Below, one piece after another: positions 44,420 through 55,442 of a stretch of DNA of 64,000 nt. The stretch's first letter is position 1; each line of letters opens with the position of its first letter. The stretch covers positions 2,624,001 through 2,688,000 of the forward strand of contig CAWHIJ010000003.1 of assembly GCA_963829525.1 (NCBI GenBank), in the 5' to 3' direction. The notes under the pieces are model-generated. The model saw only the letters and a program-made list of their open reading frames with translations. It searched no databases and was not told where the DNA came from. The position numbers and the translations under genes are program-made. The stretch comes from an uncultured Actinomycetota bacterium. Lineage in GTDB: Bacteria; Actinomycetota; Actinomycetes; JAHEKZ01.

Positions 44420-45370
44420 CTACTCCGAGACCGGCAACACCAAGGACGCCGCGATGCCGTCGAGGATGTCATGCTCGCTGACCAAGATCTCGGCAAGGCC
44501 GGTGTAGGCCACGATCGCTGACAAGACCAACGACCCAGCAGCAATCACATCCACGCGGCCCGGGTGCACGACCGGATTTGCCGATCGCTTCTCCCGGTTG
44601 GAGTAGAGCAGCTCCTCACAGACTCGATGGATGTCGGCGGCGGTGATCACCGCCCCGTGGATGCGGGTCGCGTCGTACTCCCACATCCCCATCGCGAGCG
44701 CTGCCACTGTTGTCACCGAGCCCGCGAGGCCAACCATGGATCCAGCTCGACGAAGGGGCAGCAGCTGCGCCACTTCGGCAATCGCCGCCTCAATGTCGTC
44801 GCGCGCGGCACTGACCTCAGCCGGCCACGGTGGATCGGTGGCGAAGTGACGTTCGGTCATGCGAACACACCCAATGTCGACCGAAGTCGACGCCGTCGGT
44901 GGCCGGCCTGGCTCCCCCATGACAAACTCTGTCGACCCCCCGCCGATATCGACAACGAGGCAGGGCGTGGCTGCACCCGCGATCTCAAGACTGCTCGTCG
45001 CACCCGTGAAGGAGAGCACCGCCTCATCGCTGCCAGAGATTACCTCCGGCTCAACCCCCAGCCGTCCACGGATCCCTGAGACGAACTCGTCGCGGTTACT
45101 CGCATCTCGAGTCGCCGACGTTGCAACAAAGCGCAGCGCATCCACATGCGCCTGCTCGATCAGATGCGCGTACTCGTCGACTGCGCCGAAGGCGCGCTTC
45201 AGCGCTGCGGCGCTCAGCTGCCCAGTTGCGTCGACGCCCTCGCCGAGTCGGACGATTCGCATCTCCCGTGCGATGTCGATCAGCAGTCCGGTATCAGCAC
45301 TAACCTCAGCGATGAGCAATCGGACGGAGTTGGTACCGCAGTCGATTGCCGCGACCCGTCTGGTGCTCAC
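44420..45370 (-). CDS. ppx: Ppx/GppA exopolyphosphatase
   Basis: IDCGTNS, ATSATRDA, DIGGGSTE; GTGA overlap with DUF501. Confidence 0.93.
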   Translation of the reverse strand: MSTRRVAAIDCGTNSVRLLIAEVSADTGLLIDIAREMRIVRLGEGVDATGQLSAAALKRAFGAVDEYAHLIEQAHVDALRFVATSATRDASNRDEFVSGIRGRLGVEPEVISGSDEAVLSFTGATSSLEIAGAATPCLVVDIGGGSTEFVMGEPGRPPTASTSVDIGCVRMTERHFATDPPWPAEVSAARDDIEAAIAEVAQLLPLRRAGSMVGLAGSVTTVAALAMGMWEYDATRIHGAVITAADIHRVCEELLYSNREKRSANPVVHPGRVDVIAAGSLVLSAIVAYTGLAEILVSEHDILDGIAASLVLPVSE

Positions 45371-45891
45371 TCGCCCGCCCGTCGCTCGGCGCAAGTCAGC
45401 CCGCGCACCAACTGACGTCGGATGATCTCGTCCATGGCCTCGTCGCCGAAGGGGTTGACGCCAGGACCGGTCGCCAGCGAATGGCCCACCAGAACGTGCA
45501 GACACTTGACGCGATCAGGCATGCCTCCTGCTGATACACCATCAATCTCTGGGACATCGTCGAGCTGCGCACGGTCATCCAGGTAACACTCGTGTGCGCC
45601 CCGATACCTGTCCTGCAGCTCGGCGTCACCTGCGAGTCGGTGTTGCATCTGCCGCATGCGCCCTTCGGCCTCAAGTGTGCTCACCGCACCGGTCAACCGC
45701 GGACAGGTGAGGTAGTACACCGTGGGAAACGGTGTTCCATCGGGTAGTCGAGGTGCGGTAGTGACGACGTCGGGTTCACCACACGCACATCGGTGTGCCA
45801 CCGCGACCATGCCACGGGGCTCCCGCCCGAGTTGCCGGTGCACAGCCTCGCGATCATCCCCGGGTACAGCTGCTGTGTCAGCAGCGCTCAC
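45367..45891 (-). CDS. DUF501 domain protein
   Basis: GTPFPT.YYLTCP, GGMPDRVKCLH; conserved eno-divIC-DUF501-ppx order. Confidence 0.9.
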   Translation of the reverse strand: MSAADTAAVPGDDREAVHRQLGREPRGMVAVAHRCACGEPDVVTTAPRLPDGTPFPTVYYLTCPRLTGAVSTLEAEGRMRQMQHRLAGDAELQDRYRGAHECYLDDRAQLDDVPEIDGVSAGGMPDRVKCLHVLVGHSLATGPGVNPFGDEAMDEIIRRQLVRGLTCAERRAGE

Positions 45892-46328
45892 CGGTTGTCC
45901 GCTTCCTGAACCGAGTCCCAAAGCGTGTTGAACCAGGCAACCTCGGGCTCGACGGGTGCTCGGATTTCCGGCTTACGCGCTTTTTCGACGTCTTGGGGGG
46001 AGAGGAGTACGAGCCCGGTCTCACCAGGCATGACGTAGTGCAATCGCTCTCGCGCCTGCTGTTCAACGAACTTGTCGTCGCGCCAGCGGCGCACTTGGTC
46101 CTGCAAGCTGCCGACTCGCGACTCAAGCATGGTGGCACGCTCTTGCGCAGCGGTGATGGCCGCGCGCTGTGCCAGGTACTCACGAATAGGGAATGCCAAA
46201 GTCATCACCAGTGCCGCAACTACCAGGATCAGAACGACCGCGCGGCCGGTGAGCCGCGCCCACAGCGGACGGTCGTCGACCACCTGCAGGTGGTCGCGTG
46301 GTCTTGGCCCGTTGTCAGTGGTCGTCAT
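45888..46328 (-). CDS. Septum formation initiator (DivIC/FtsB family)
   Basis: TM plus coiled coil, QARERLHYVMPGE. Confidence 0.9.
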   Translation of the reverse strand: MTTTDNGPRPRDHLQVVDDRPLWARLTGRAVVLILVVAALVMTLAFPIREYLAQRAAITAAQERATMLESRVGSLQDQVRRWRDDKFVEQQARERLHYVMPGETGLVLLSPQDVEKARKPEIRAPVEPEVAWFNTLWDSVQEADNR

Positions 46329-46330
46329 GC

Positions 46331-47650
<1,320 letters not shown>

Positions 47651-48655
47651 CTACCTGCCGCTGGCAGCCAGCCCGGCGCGGCGCGCCTGCTCGGCGAAGT
47701 CATGCGCAAAGCGTCGCAACGCCGCCTCCGAGTCCAGACCCCTGCGGCGCCCTGCGCTCACTACCCCGAACAGCAGGGCCCCCAGCAGCGCCTCGTCGAG
47801 GTCCTCCGGCAGGTCTGGCTCATCGACTTCGAGGTTGAGGCCGGCCTTGATGCTCCGGTTCAACAGCTTCTCGCTCAGTGCCAGAGCAGGCAGCGCCAGG
47901 GGCACGCCTTCCACGACCGTTCGGCGCGGCCGCTCCTGTGCCTTCAGCTTCTCCCAGGCCTCCTCGACGTCGACCGGCGTTTCGGCCTCACCATCGGCGA
48001 ACACGTGTGGATGGCGCCTCACCAGCTTGTCCACCAGGCCGGAGGCCACATCGTCGATCGACCACGCGCGCTCTTCTGACTCCTCGGCGATGCGCGAGTG
48101 AAACACGACCTGCAGGAGCACGTCCCCGAGCTCTTCGCGCAAGGCGTCGGGGTCTGCGGCGTCGATGGCCGCCAGTGCCTCGAACGTCTCCTCGACGAGG
48201 TATGTGCCCAAAGAGGCATGCGTCTGCTTGGCGTCCCACGGGCACCCACCCGGTGAGCGGAGCTGGTCCATCACAGCGACAACGTCAAGCAGCCGAGCAC
48301 CCGGCAGGTCGTACGAGCCATGGACCACTTCGAGCTCGATCGCTTCTCCACGCTCAGCCCGCGAGGCGATTGCTGGTGCCAGCGCCTCGGTCAGCGCTGG
48401 GTCGCCGTCGTCGCCAACGAGCCAGACCACCGGACCCTTTTCTGCAGCGTCGAGCAACATGCTTGCCAGGGCGGATGGCGCAGCCGGGATCTCCGTCGCG
48501 ACCGCGAGGCCGGCGTCAGCGAGCGCCGGCAACAGGGGATGCCCCGGATGGCAGAACCTGTCCCCAGCTTTGTCGATGACCTGCCAAGCCGAATGAGTCA
48601 GCAGGCCAGGAGCGACCCGATGGGTGGTGACCAGCAAGGCAAGCCGGCCCGGCAC
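47651..48655 (-). CDS. mazG: MazG family nucleoside triphosphate pyrophosphohydrolase
   Basis: GCPWD..QTH, EELGDVLLQV, KLVRRHPHVF. Confidence 0.92.
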   Translation of the reverse strand: MPGRLALLVTTHRVAPGLLTHSAWQVIDKAGDRFCHPGHPLLPALADAGLAVATEIPAAPSALASMLLDAAEKGPVVWLVGDDGDPALTEALAPAIASRAERGEAIELEVVHGSYDLPGARLLDVVAVMDQLRSPGGCPWDAKQTHASLGTYLVEETFEALAAIDAADPDALREELGDVLLQVVFHSRIAEESEERAWSIDDVASGLVDKLVRRHPHVFADGEAETPVDVEEAWEKLKAQERPRRTVVEGVPLALPALALSEKLLNRSIKAGLNLEVDEPDLPEDLDEALLGALLFGVVSAGRRRGLDSEAALRRFAHDFAEQARRAGLAASGR

Positions 48656-48657
48656 GC

Positions 48658-49338
48658 CTACCCCTGACCGGGGATGTCGAGTGCTGGCGGATCGGCGACA
48701 CCACCGGCCGGGCTCGAGAGACGTTCTGGATCTCGGGGCTCGACCGAGACCTTCTCGGCGTTCCAGGTACCAAAGCGCGGATTGACCGAGATACCCATCT
48801 CGTCGGCAGTCTTCTGGATCCTCGCCACCAACGCTGCGTCCGTCTCCTCCGGACTGGCGCCGGGCTCTGCCAACGAATCGGTAAGAGCCGAGCTCAGCAC
48901 GAAGACCTCAGCAGCGGCCTCCAGCCGCGATGGCGGGATGCCATTGCTGAGAGAGATCGCGTCACGCTGCTCCTGGTCGGCGCCGAGTACCTTGTCGATC
49001 TGGGACTGGGTAGCGCTCAAACCTTCTTCGTCAGCGATGGCGCCGATGAGCTGCTCGTTGATCCACCACGAAAGAACACTCAGCGTCAGCTGGTCGTCAG
49101 GGAGCCGCTGCGCCTCGGCGTTGGCCTCATAAAGACCGTCGAGCTCATCGGAAAGGTCGGCCAGCTGAGCCTCGGTCAGGCGCTGGTCGCCTGCGACCGC
49201 TGCTGATCCAGCTTTCTGAGTGGCGCAGCCTGAGAGGACGAGGACTCCGATGGCTGAGATCGCCAGTGCGGCTTGGAGCCGCCTTCCACCACGCATCGGC
49301 CTCACCGTTCTCTTCGTCGGAAACCACACATCGGTCAT
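48658..49338 (-). CDS. Lipoprotein (SurA N-terminal-like)
   Basis: Lipobox LSGC, VNPRFG.W motif; position between mfd and mazG; start may be ATG 49296. Confidence 0.75.
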   Translation of the reverse strand: MTDVWFPTKRTVRPMRGGRRLQAALAISAIGVLVLSGCATQKAGSAAVAGDQRLTEAQLADLSDELDGLYEANAEAQRLPDDQLTLSVLSWWINEQLIGAIADEEGLSATQSQIDKVLGADQEQRDAISLSNGIPPSRLEAAAEVFVLSSALTDSLAEPGASPEETDAALVARIQKTADEMGISVNPRFGTWNAEKVSVEPRDPERLSSPAGGVADPPALDIPGQG

Positions 49339-52300
49339 GCTGCCGTCTCCCCCACCAGGACCGCTCCGATCACGTCAGTGGCCCACTGCAGGAGCGCGGC
49401 GTCCCGTAAGGGTTCGCCGCCCACCCGCGCCGTGGAAGGTCTCGGCACCAGGATGGTACGGACCGCAGGCTTGATGATGGTGCCCGGGTAGAGACGGGAG
49501 AGGCGGAGGCTGGCCGATTCGGGCAGCTCCACGGGGAAGAACCGGATCTTCGCTCCTTGGGCCACGACCTCCGAGAGGCCAGCAGTCCGCACCAGAGCCC
49601 GAAGCCTGGCTACCTCGAAGAGACGGTCGACTGGCTCTGGCAGGGGTCCGAACCGGTCGACGAGCTCGGCACGAGCGTCAGCGAGGGACGCCTCGTCGTG
49701 CGCATCGGCGATGCGCTGGTAGGCCTGCAGCCGCACCCGCTCGGACGGAACCCAGGCGTGCGGGATGTGTGCGTCAACAGGCAGCTCTACCCTCGTTTCG
49801 GACGGCTCGGCCGTGACGCCATCCACGTCCCCCTTGAGTACTGCCACCGCCTCGCCCACCAGGCGCAGGTAGAGGTCGAACCCGACGCCTTCGATGTGAC
49901 CGCTCTGCTCACCACCGAGCACGTTGCCAGCACCGCGGATCTCGAGGTCTTTCATGGCCACCGCCATACCGGACCCAAGGTCAGTGTGCTGGGCAATGGT
50001 GGCTAACCGATCGTGCGCTGCCTCGGTGAGCGGCTTCTCCTGCGGGTAGAGGAAGTACGAGTAGCCCCGGTCGCGCCCTCGCCCGACTCGCCCCCGCAGC
50101 TGGTGCAACTGCGCGAGTCCCAACATGTCCCCGCGCTCGACAATCAGGGTGTTGGCGTTGCTGATGTCCAGACCTGACTCCACGATGGTGGTGCACACGA
50201 GGACGTCGAAACGCTTCTCCCAGAAGTCGACGATGATCCGCTCGAGCGCGTCTTCACCCATCTGTCCATGCGCGACCTCAACCCTGGCTTCCGGAACGAG
50301 ATCGCGGATACGGGCAGCCGCACGTTCGATCGACTCCACGCGGTTGTGGATGTAGAAGACCTGACCTTCGCGAAGTAGCTCGCGACGCACGGCGGCGGCG
50401 ATTTGCTTCTCGTCATACGCACCGACAAACGTCAGAACCGGGTGTCGTTCTTCCGGGGGGGTGAGGATTGTTGACATCTCGCGTATCCCTCCGAGCGCCA
50501 TCTCAAGCGTCCGTGGGATCGGGGTGGCAGAAAGGGTGAGGACGTCGACGTGGGTGCGCAGCGCCTTTAGGTGCTCCTTGTGCTCGACACCGAAGCGCTG
50601 CTCCTCATCGACGATCACGAGCCCGAGGTCTTTGAACCTCGCGGTGGCCTGTAGCAGGCGGTGGGTTCCGATCACGACGTCGACGCTTCCATCGGCAAGG
50701 CCCTCAAGGACGACAGCGGCCTCACGGTCGGACTGAAAGCGGGAAAGTGCACGAACAGTGACCGGAAACGCACCGAAGCGCTCCACGAACGTGTTCGTGT
50801 GCTGCTGAACCAGCAGGGTTGTTGGCACCAGGACAGCCACCTGCTTGCCATCCTGTACAGCCTTGAAGGCGGCACGGACAGCGATCTCAGTCTTTCCGTA
50901 CCCGACGTCGCCGCACACGAGGCGGTCCATCGGGACAGGCTGCTCCATGTCGTGCTTGACCTCATCGATGCACGCCATCTGGTCCCTGGTCTCCACGTAC
51001 GGAAACGCATCTTCCAGCTCTCGTTGCCAGGGGGTGTCCGGAGCAAACGCGTGCCCGGGGGCCGACTGCCGAGCGGAGTAGAGCCGCACGAGCTCGGCAG
51101 CAATCTGCTTGACCGCCTTCCTGGCTCGACCCTTCGTCTTGGCCCAGTCAGCCCCGCCGAGACGGTGCAGCGACGGGGCCTCGCCACCCACATACCGCGT
51201 GACCAGGTCAAGCTGGTCGGTGGGAACGAAGAGTCGGTCCGCCGGCTGGCCCTTTCGCCCTGGCGCGTACTCGATGACCAGGTACTCGCGGGTCGCTCCC
51301 TGCACCTCGCGGCTCGTCATCTCCACATACCTACCAACGCCATGCTGTTCATGGACGATGAAATCGCCCGGTGCGAGCTGCAGTGGGTCGACCATCGCCC
51401 GCCGCCGCGATGGCATCCGTCTCATGTCCTTGGTCGATGATCGCTGCCCGACAAGGTCGGTCTCGGTGAGTACCAGCAACTTCAACTCTTCGCTGACCAA
51501 CCCGTGCTCCATGACGCCCGTGGTCAGCTGCACCACCGAAGGTGGTCGATCGACATCTACCTCCGCCACAACGTCGGCGGCGACGTCCTCCTCACGCAGT
51601 CGTTCGGCAAATCGCTCAGCTGGGCCATGTCCGGCCGTGACCAAGATGATTCGCCATGCATCCTTTGCCGCAGCGGCAATGGCCGCGACAGCGCGAGCGG
51701 TGTCTCCGCGATACTCCTCTGACGGACGAAGCGTCGAACGAGCCTCGTCCTCCTCAAGTGACCCGAAGGAACCGATACCGAACCATCTCAGCTGGCGTCG
51801 CTGTGCGGCATCCTGAACGTCGTCCAGCTCGCGGTAGGAGGCTGCTCCAAGGTCGATAGGCGTGGCGTTTCCCGCAGCGGCATTGGCCCAAGAGGCCGCG
51901 AGGAACTCAGCACTCGTCCGATGAAGCTCCACGCTCCTCGCTCTGACGCGCTCGGGGTCGACAACTGCGACGGCGGTGTCGGAAGGCACCACGTCGACGA
52001 GCAGCTGCATACCGTCAGTCAGAACTGGTGAGAGCGACTCCATTCCTTCGACAGCGATACCCTCGGCGAGCTGGCTCAACACGTCGGCCAGCCCGGGATG
52101 TTGCGCGAGCAGCGTGGCCGCACGAGCTCGAACCTCAGCGGTCAGCGGAAGCTCGCGGGTTGGTGGCGCCCAGACACCGTATGGCGCTACCTCAAGGCTC
52201 CGCTGATCAGCCGCCTTGAACCAGCGGATCTCCTCGATGGTGTCGCCCCATAGCTCGACACGGAGCGGATGCTCCTCCACGGCCGGAAAGACATCGAGGA

Positions 52301-52859
52301 TTCCGCCCCTGACAGCGAACTCACCCCGGCGCTCGACGATGTCGGTCCGGAGGTATCCGCCTTCGACAAGCCGCTCGACGGTGCTCTTCACATCAATTTC
52401 GTCGCCAACGCGCAATCGCACCGGCTCGATGTCGCCGAGCCCCACCACCAACGGTTGGAGAATCGCCCGCACTGGCGCAACGATGACCGAAAGCGGGCCG
52501 GCGCTGGTGTCGTCGCGTTCGGGATGAGCGAGGCGCCGCAGCACCGCGATGCGCCGTCCTACGGTGTCGGTACGCGGCGACAGCCGCTCGTGCGGCAGCG
52601 TCTCCCACGACGGGAAGTCGGCGACTGTGGCCGGGTCGATCAACGAACCCAGGGCAGCCACCAGGTCGTCGGCTTCGCGAGTCGTTGCCGTCACCGCCAG
52701 AACTGGCCTGGAGCGGGCGGCAACACCTGAGGCCAACGCAGCGATGGTCGGTGCCGTGGCCGACCTGGGCACCACCAACGTGGCGCCGGAGTCAACACGC
52801 AGCGCCTCGGCAATGGGGGGGTCGGCCGCGACAAGGGACACCAGTCCAGCCAGCGACAT
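49335..52859 (-). CDS. mfd: Transcription-repair coupling factor
   Basis: WETLPHE, GDVGYGKT, DEEQRFG, SATPIPR, QLRGRVGR, TRCF domain. Confidence 0.98.
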   Translation of the reverse strand: MSLAGLVSLVAADPPIAEALRVDSGATLVVPRSATAPTIAALASGVAARSRPVLAVTATTREADDLVAALGSLIDPATVADFPSWETLPHERLSPRTDTVGRRIAVLRRLAHPERDDTSAGPLSVIVAPVRAILQPLVVGLGDIEPVRLRVGDEIDVKSTVERLVEGGYLRTDIVERRGEFAVRGGILDVFPAVEEHPLRVELWGDTIEEIRWFKAADQRSLEVAPYGVWAPPTRELPLTAEVRARAATLLAQHPGLADVLSQLAEGIAVEGMESLSPVLTDGMQLLVDVVPSDTAVAVVDPERVRARSVELHRTSAEFLAASWANAAAGNATPIDLGAASYRELDDVQDAAQRRQLRWFGIGSFGSLEEDEARSTLRPSEEYRGDTARAVAAIAAAAKDAWRIILVTAGHGPAERFAERLREEDVAADVVAEVDVDRPPSVVQLTTGVMEHGLVSEELKLLVLTETDLVGQRSSTKDMRRMPSRRRAMVDPLQLAPGDFIVHEQHGVGRYVEMTSREVQGATREYLVIEYAPGRKGQPADRLFVPTDQLDLVTRYVGGEAPSLHRLGGADWAKTKGRARKAVKQIAAELVRLYSARQSAPGHAFAPDTPWQRELEDAFPYVETRDQMACIDEVKHDMEQPVPMDRLVCGDVGYGKTEIAVRAAFKAVQDGKQVAVLVPTTLLVQQHTNTFVERFGAFPVTVRALSRFQSDREAAVVLEGLADGSVDVVIGTHRLLQATARFKDLGLVIVDEEQRFGVEHKEHLKALRTHVDVLTLSATPIPRTLEMALGGIREMSTILTPPEERHPVLTFVGAYDEKQIAAAVRRELLREGQVFYIHNRVESIERAAARIRDLVPEARVEVAHGQMGEDALERIIVDFWEKRFDVLVCTTIVESGLDISNANTLIVERGDMLGLAQLHQLRGRVGRGRDRGYSYFLYPQEKPLTEAAHDRLATIAQHTDLGSGMAVAMKDLEIRGAGNVLGGEQSGHIEGVGFDLYLRLVGEAVAVLKGDVDGVTAEPSETRVELPVDAHIPHAWVPSERVRLQAYQRIADAHDEASLADARAELVDRFGPLPEPVDRLFEVARLRALVRTAGLSEVVAQGAKIRFFPVELPESASLRLSRLYPGTIIKPAVRTILVPRPSTARVGGEPLRDAALLQWATDVIGAVLVGETAA

Positions 52860-53012
52860 TGGTCCTCCGCTTGCACACGTCAGTAGGCCGGGGCCGAAAG
52901 CGCCGGGGGTTTCAGACTAGTGGCGACTTAGCGGGCGAGCGCGACCGAGCCGTAGTCCCGCCAGTGTGGCCGCGCTGACGCCCGGGGTCTGGTCGGTCGG
53001 GGCAGGTACTGC

Positions 53013-53618
53013 TCAGTCATTGAACTGCGACTGAGCAATGTCGAGCCCGCGTTCCATCAGTGCGGTCACTGCGTCCGCCACTCGAGCTACAAGAAGTGGG
53101 ACCTCGGCTCGCTCGGCCGCCGCGAAGTCACGTAGGACGAAAGCGGCTGGGTCCATCCGGCCGGGTGGGCGGCCGATCCCGACCCTGGCGCGAAAGAACT
53201 CCCCCGTTCCGAGGGAGCGTCGCATCGACTTCAGCCCGTTGTGGCCATTGTCGCCACCACCCAACTTCAGCCGCAACGAGCCGAAGGGCAGATCGAGCTC
53301 GTCATGCACCGCGATGACGCGATCAGGACTCACCTTGTAGAACGAGCACAGAGCGGCAACAGCCAGACCGCTCTCGTTCATGTAGGTGGTGGGTTTGACG
53401 AGTACTACCCGGCGGTCGTCAACCCGCCCCTCCCAGGTGAGAGCTTTGGTGCGTCGATTCGCCTTGAAGCGGCTTGGTCCTGCAAGGGACTCGACGACCG
53501 CAAAGCCCACATTGTGGCGGTTGCCCGCGTATTCCGGACCAGGGTTGCCGAGCCCGACGACGATCCAGGGAACGTCCCTTTCGTCTCCGGCGTCCCCCGT
53601 ACGCCCTCGGCCGATCAG
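53013..53618 (-). CDS. pth: Peptidyl-tRNA hydrolase (start codon apparently non-canonical)
   Basis: WIVVGLGNPG...NRHNVG lies upstream of the track start at 53510; YMN, HDELD, GHNGLKS. No in-frame ATG/GTG/TTG upstream. Best candidate CTG 53618; alternative ACG 53600. Confidence 0.9.
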   Translation of the reverse strand: MIGRGRTGDAGDERDVPWIVVGLGNPGPEYAGNRHNVGFAVVESLAGPSRFKANRRTKALTWEGRVDDRRVVLVKPTTYMNESGLAVAALCSFYKVSPDRVIAVHDELDLPFGSLRLKLGGGDNGHNGLKSMRRSLGTGEFFRARVGIGRPPGRMDPAAFVLRDFAAAERAEVPLLVARVADAVTALMERGLDIAQSQFND

Positions 53619-54250
53619 ACTTCGTCCTCCGCCGGCGCAGCAGCTGCAGCCGACGCCTCAGAAGCTGCAGCCGCAGCCGCCAGGTCTGCTGCTTCATCGG
53701 CCTCTGCGGCAGCTGACTGGGCACCGAGTACGTGGAGGAGTACCAAGTCAGGGTCGGCAACCAGCACCACTCCATCAGGGAGCACCACGTCGGAGGCACG
53801 CACGCTGCTGCCCACCTCGAGACCCTCGACGACAACCGCAAGCTCGCTCGGGATCTTGGTGGCGTCGGCCTCGATGGCGATCGTGTCGTGCACGTGCTCC
53901 AGGAGCCCGCCTGGCGCGATCTTGCCATCGGTGCGAACGACAACCTCGACGGTCACCTTCTCACCAGATCGAACAGCCACCAGGTCAACATGCTCGATCC
54001 CGTGACGCACCGGATCACGCTGCACGGACTTGGGAAGGACGAGCTGGGCTCCGTCGTCGAGCTGCAGGGAGAGCAGCGCGTTGGTCTGTTTCAGCGCGAG
54101 CATCAACTCATGGGCAGGAAGCGCCAGATGCTGAGTATCTTCACCATGACCGTAGACGACGACGGGGATCTTCTTGTCTCGGCGAAGTCGGCGCGCGGCG
54201 CCCTTACCGAACTCAGTGCGACGCTCAGCGGCAATAACGATCTCTGGCAC
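53615..54250 (-). CDS. rplY: 50S ribosomal protein L25/general stress protein Ctc
   Basis: FGKGAARRLRR, VYGHG, HVDL; SD AGGAG. Confidence 0.96.
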   Translation of the reverse strand: MPEIVIAAERRTEFGKGAARRLRRDKKIPVVVYGHGEDTQHLALPAHELMLALKQTNALLSLQLDDGAQLVLPKSVQRDPVRHGIEHVDLVAVRSGEKVTVEVVVRTDGKIAPGGLLEHVHDTIAIEADATKIPSELAVVVEGLEVGSSVRASDVVLPDGVVLVADPDLVLLHVLGAQSAAAEADEAADLAAAAAASEASAAAAAPAEDEV

Positions 54251-54412
54251 GGCTTGGCTCCTGACGGCTGGCGGTAACTGGCGGCGTCTTGGCTGAGGCG
54301 ATTTGCGGTCTTAGCCGCACTCGCGCACAAGGCGCCAGCACCGCGCCGATCACGGGTACCCGCCGGCCATTGATGGGAGTCAGTTGCCGGCCCAGCACGC
54401 CCTCGCCGAGAC
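54251..54412 (-). other. Long structured 5' leader of rplY (candidate cis-regulatory RNA)
   Basis: TAGACT -10 at 54424-54419; CTCGGCGAGG (54410-54401) can pair with CCTCAGCCAAG (54298-54288). Confidence 0.4.
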
Positions 54413-54467
54413 GGAAGGAGTCTAGCCGGGTCGCGGTGGGTCACCAAAACCAGGCTGTTGACGAGGG

Positions 54468-55442
54468 CTAGGCGTTGCCATCGAAGAGACTGGTGACCGA
54501 CCCGTCGTCGAAGACCTCGCGGATGGCACGAGCCAGCATGGGAGCGATTGGTAGCACGGTCAGCTTGTCGAAGCGCATTTCGTCGGCGATCGGAAGCGTG
54601 TCGGTGACGACAACCTCTGAGACCCTGCTGTTCTTGAGTCGGTCGATCGCTGGACCGCTGAAAATGCCGTGTGTTGCGGTGACGATCACCTCCGCTGCGC
54701 CCTGGTCGAAGAGTGTCTCTGCGGCCTTCACGATGGTGCCGCCGGTGTCGATCATGTCGTCGACCAAGACGCAGATTCGTCCCTTGACATCACCGACGAC
54801 CTCGAAAACCTTTACCTCGTTCGGGACGTCGGGGTCGCGCCGCTTGTGGATGATCGCAAGAGGGCTGCCCAACCGGTCGGTCCAACGCTCGGCCACCCGC
54901 ACACGTCCGGCATCGGGTGAGACCACCGTGATCCTCGACCGGTCAGCGACTCGGCTTGCCACGTAGTGCGCCAGGGTCTCAAGCGCGAAAAGGTGGTCGA
55001 CCGGGCCGTCGAAGAAGCCCTGAATCTGCGACGTGTGCAAGTCGACAGCCATCAGGCGGTTGGCTCCGGCCGTCTTGAACAGGTCAGCCATAAGCCGAGC
55101 CGAGATCGGCTCACGACCACGGTGCTTCTTGTCCTGGCGGGCGTATCCGTAGAACGGTGCTACCACTGTGATGCGCTTGGCCGACGCGCGCTTGAGCGCA
55201 TCGACCATGATCAGCTGCTCCATGATCCAGGTGTTCACCGGTGTGGTGTGTGACTGGATCACGAACGCATCTGATCCGCGGACCGACTCCTCATAACGCA
55301 CGAAGATCTCGCCGTTGGCGAAGTCGAACAGCGAAGTAGGCGTCAACTCGGTGTCGAGCTCACTGGCGACGTCGTCGGCGAGCTGGGTATGCCCGCGGCC
55401 GGAGAACAGCATGAGCTTCTTTGAGTTCGTGGACTCGATCAT
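54468..55442 (-). CDS. prs: Ribose-phosphate pyrophosphokinase
   Basis: FANGE, YARQDKK, VSPDAG, DDMIDTGGT. Confidence 0.97.
   Translation of the reverse strand: MIESTNSKKLMLFSGRGHTQLADDVASELDTELTPTSLFDFANGEIFVRYEESVRGSDAFVIQSHTTPVNTWIMEQLIMVDALKRASAKRITVVAPFYGYARQDKKHRGREPISARLMADLFKTAGANRLMAVDLHTSQIQGFFDGPVDHLFALETLAHYVASRVADRSRITVVSPDAGRVRVAERWTDRLGSPLAIIHKRRDPDVPNEVKVFEVVGDVKGRICVLVDDMIDTGGTIVKAAETLFDQGAAEVIVTATHGIFSGPAIDRLKNSRVSEVVVTDTLPIADEMRFDKLTVLPIAPMLARAIREVFDDGSVTSLFDGNA

Noticed and set aside
52860-53012. Possible structured RNA between pth and mfd
   Set aside because: Only short, imperfect GC stems; explained adequately by a TAGTCT promoter box and spacer.
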